A DNA stretch of 62,638 nucleotides, filler included, from Pseudobdellovibrionaceae bacterium (GTDB lineage: Bacteria; Bdellovibrionota; Bdellovibrionia; Bdellovibrionales; UBA1609): NCBI GenBank assembly GCA_030591685.1. It is 5 parts of 5 records of this genome, joined end to end, with 100 filler letters (N's around TTAATTAATTAA, not from the genome) between each part and the next. Parts side by side here need not be neighbours in the genome. Positions count along the whole stretch, not along the records: positions 59,544 to 62,638 come from JAUVAX010000087.1; 4 more parts are not named here. The stretch is one strand, 5' to 3'. Positions 59,544 through 62,638 of this stretch are shown here, piece after piece. The notes under the pieces are model-generated. The model was not told where the DNA came from. It did not search any database and saw only the letters and a list, made by a program, of their open reading frames with translations. Position 1 is the stretch's first letter. Each line of letters opens with the position of its first letter. The position numbers and the translations under genes were made by a program.

Positions 59544-60316
59544 AACTTTTTTCTTTTACCGATAAGTGTAATTTTTGAAAAGTCATCTGTGCGAGTGTGT
59601 TCTACAGTAGTAAATTTGTTGTACTTTGAGTGAGAAGTTACTGTAATTTGCCCAGAGTTATTCATAGAGACTTTAACGGACTCCTTCTCTCCTTCAAGTA
59701 AAATCGCCCTTTCGCCAACAACGGCTACGGTGATTCGGTCGGTTCTGAAGTCCTCTCTGTATATGGCCACTCTTTTAGTTATGGTTGTGACAAGTACTAA
59801 GTCTTCGCAGATATCTTGGTAGCCAAAATTTCTTTTATTATAAGAGCCATGCTGGCTAACAACATTGGCATAGATCCCCGGGGCAACGCTGCGGTCAAGG
59901 TGTCTGATAAGCCTTTTAAACTCACCCCATGTTGCCGGAGGCGCGTATCGTGGCCAGTACTGATATATCTTTCGAGCCGTCACATCACCAATGCCTTTAA
60001 TAGATTTAAGGGCATTCATTCGGTCATAGTAAGAAGCATAGGGGGCATAAAAGCTAGACCAATGATTATTATTCATAGGGTTGCATGAGGTGTCTTGGAT
60101 GGTGTCAATAATAGTAACTTCTTGATCTTGGTACAAGACCTCTTCCCACTCGGCTGTAATAATAACTTCACTTTCGAAGTCACCTATGAGGTCTTCACCG
60201 ACGTGATTTATTGTTACAGATTCAACTGATTTGAGTTCTATGACTTTCTCAACACCACCGGCAGTGGCTTGAAGCCCTGCGAGTAAGGCAATAAGTGTAA
60301 ATATTTTTTTATACAT
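59544..60316 (-). CDS. Secreted protein with a helix-hairpin-helix motif, truncated at contig end
   Basis: Start at ATG 60316 (AGGGGA RBS), signal peptide ..QATA, LKSIKGIGDVTARKI HhH. Confidence 0.75.
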
Positions 60317-60539
60317 AAGTTCCCCTTTACAGACTTCACTTTCATTTAATGCGTAAATACTCAAAAAACGAAAGCAGATTGTTTTACTAAATAATGATCG
60401 TAGAGGACCGTATCATAAGCCTCCAAAAAATACTTGGAGAACACTTGGTTTTAGGATGAAGTGAAAAAAATACATTTTATATGAAAAAAATAGGATCTAG
60501 GGTCAGAGAAATAATGAAAGGTGCTTTGGTTATAGGACC

Positions 60540-61828
60540 TTAAAGGGGGTTTGTCTCAAACTCTTTGTCAATGGCGTCAAGAACCCTGCGGTTTAAGACA
60601 CTTGTTTGAGAGGGGGAGTAGTACTCATTGCCCTTTTCACTTTTGTAACGAGTGAGTAGTTCATTTACCGTACCACGAAAAATGCGCTCAAATAAATATT
60701 GGGGCTGATTACGATATTTAGGCTGAGAGATATAATCATTCCAAACACTATTTCGTAATGGAGCCTGGGCCTGGTGAACACCCTCATAGTCCCACTGATT
60801 TTTTAGTTGTGCTGGTGATAAGCCGCTGCGCTTATTATAGGTTTTAACTTCAGTTCTCATTTTTTCAGGGGCCAACTTTAGGTAATTACCCTCAGCGTCT
60901 CTACGGCCTAAAGTGGCCAACGTATCTGATAAAAACTTATGGCTTGTGGCTATAAATTCATCTATTGAAAAATGATTTTCACCAATTTCGTTGAGTTTTG
61001 AATCGTGTTTGCGCTCATATTTTTTGATTTTTCTTTCTAAAATTTTAGAGGACTTTTGGTATGAGCTCCTAATGTTTTCAGTTGTAAGCTCTAGGTAAGA
61101 GTAAAAAACATACTCGGCATTTGATATGGGAGAGGTGTTGTTTTCGAACTCTTTCTCTTTCATTTTATAAAATTCAAGTACTTGCTCCGCTTGATCTTTT
61201 TGGTGGCCGGGCTCCTCAAGAAGTTTAAAGTAGTCGCGAAAGACTTGAAAGTGTGGGTGGGCACTCATAATAAGTTCTTCTGTGGTTTTATACGCACCCT
61301 CGTGGATGACTAGTCCTAATGGTTTATTTGGGTGAATTGAAATCATTGGAGCTTGAAATATATAGGGCCTACTGTTTTTATCCTCAACAGGGGTAAAGGT
61401 GCCCTCAGTCACTTGAGCCTTTAAAGTTATCTCTGAAGGTCTTAGAGTTTTGTATATAACATTTGATAGGGCCTCATAGGCCTCTCGAGTTAAGTTTGTG
61501 ATGGTCTCAAAGCCCTCGGGGGTCAAGTCAGGACTTTCTTTTTGGATAAATATTTTTTGCTGCGTTTTTGAAATTTTTAAATGAGCTTTAGTTAAATAAA
61601 CGTCCCTTTCGTCACTGACCTGTCTGTGTACCTTTTCAATCATTTTACTTAACTCAACAGGGTCGGGGAGTTTGTCACCCTGGTTTTTTGAATATTTTTT
61701 TACTAAATTAATGATTTGCTGATAACCTGAAAATGTTTTTGAAAACAGGCTCTCACAGGTTAGACCAGCAAAACTAAAACTTGAGTAGAGCAAAACTGAA
61801 GATACTAAGTAAAAAAATTACTAAACAT
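60540..61828 (-). CDS. Secreted hypothetical protein, 5' end frameshifted at a T7 run
   Basis: Adding one base to the A7 at 61811-61817 links ATG 61828 to the long ORF and gives signal peptide MFSNFFYLVSSVLLYSSFSFA followed by GLTCESLF. Confidence 0.7.
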
Positions 61829-61898
61829 TCATAATCCTACAAATAGATTTACTCATTTTAAATAAAACTGTATTTTTCATGGTTAAGCCTCGTCGGGT

Positions 61899-62318
61899 TT
61901 AAAATCCACGATCTCTCATGCAGTAATCAAAATCTCGTTGATTATTTGTAACTCTCCGGCATTCATCCTCGGCCTGGCGCACATCTAAGTTGTTAAAGTT
62001 ACTATAGTTATTAAAATCACTATAGTTGTTGTTACTAAATCTATACATGCAATCATCGTAATCCCATTGATTACTCGTTTCAAGTTGGCATTGGTATTCA
62101 ATATTGTTGCCAGTATTATTATTAAAATTGTTATTCGAGAACTGCCTCATGCAATTATCAAAATCTCTTTGGTTATTAGTCTGTGCCCGGCATTGATCCT
62201 CTTGATAGCGAATATCACCGACTCTATTATTGTTGTTGTTAGAATCGCCTCCGCAGGCACCAATCAAAAGAGCAAGGGCGCTTGTGAATAGTAGGGTAAA
62301 TATATATTTAGCTTTCAT
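61899..62318 (-). CDS. Lipoprotein with three Cys-x12-Cys repeats
   Basis: Start at ATG 62318; lipobox-like IGAC; three repeats separated by Asn-rich linkers. Confidence 0.8.
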   Translation of the reverse strand: MKAKYIFTLLFTSALALLIGACGGDSNNNNNRVGDIRYQEDQCRAQTNNQRDFDNCMRQFSNNNFNNNTGNNIEYQCQLETSNQWDYDDCMYRFSNNNYSDFNNYSNFNNLDVRQAEDECRRVTNNQRDFDYCMRDRGF

Positions 62319-62359
62319 AAAAAAACCATCCTTTATTAATTGACTCAAATTAAAGGAGT

Positions 62360-62375
62360 TACAAGCCCTGTGCCA
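62360..62375 (-). promoter_or_regulatory. sigma54-type promoter
   Basis: Minus strand TGGCAC-AGGGC-TTGTA, 41 nt upstream of the lipoprotein start; -12 is TTGT rather than TTGC. Confidence 0.55.
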
Positions 62376-62638
62376 GCTCAAAGCCTAAATATCATCACTA
62401 CGGGGCCCAAATCTCAATGAGTGACAAATTTGGCATTATCGTCTGTCTAACAATAAGACACTAATCAATTATTAATATCAAAAAGGTATAGATTATACAC
62501 TTTTTGTGCTGCCTCAGTGTGAGTCGACGCAAATTACGCAGTTTTATTAAAGGGTTAGCTGTGGCTAAAGTTGTGTTCGGTGGCCCTTTGTTTGCATTGT
62601 AGTGAGTAGATGATGTGAGTTCATTATTACCTTGAATG

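Noticed and set aside
1..62638. tRNA, rRNA, IS transposase or prophage genes
   Set aside because: None recognised in the ORF track or intergenic sequence by eye.

Overview
This window is five concatenated assembly contigs joined by four identical artificial 100-bp linkers (44N-TTAATTAATTAA-44N at 17510-17609, 29655-29754, 51627-51726, 59444-59543), so adjacency across linkers means nothing. The AT-rich bacterial sequence is most consistent with Bdellovibrionota (inference from a TIGR02147/DUF4423-like regulator, short TadB/TadC-like genes and many orphan secreted proteins). Housekeeping genes include hybrid Prx-Grx, a DEDDh exonuclease, UvrD, pdxH, argS, folE2, fur, uvrA, partial nrdJ, metH, a yitJ-like gene, a metB-like gene and uppP. 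Three accessory zones stand out. (1) 29755-36850 holds partial zorA, an Hsp70 gene and two divergent regulator/secreted-protein pairs, with module boundaries marked by short same-orientation TCT..CCC..TAT motifs, suggesting a cassette array. (2) 27215-28504 is a tandem duplication of a mosaic secreted protein bounded by REP-like palindromes. (3) 46637-49530 is a toxin-antitoxin cluster: a reversed HipA-kinase / HipS-HTH operon with three phased operators, a decayed toxin plus antidote, and a HigBA-like pair. Other oddities: ArgRS with an inserted PheT-like OB-fold, a yitJ-like protein lacking its Zn cysteines, an orphan sigma54 promoter before a candidate small RNA, a CxxLF terminal motif on two secreted proteins, and several homopolymer frameshifts that may be sequencing errors. 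No tRNA, rRNA or CRISPR array was seen. All calls are by eye, without database searches.
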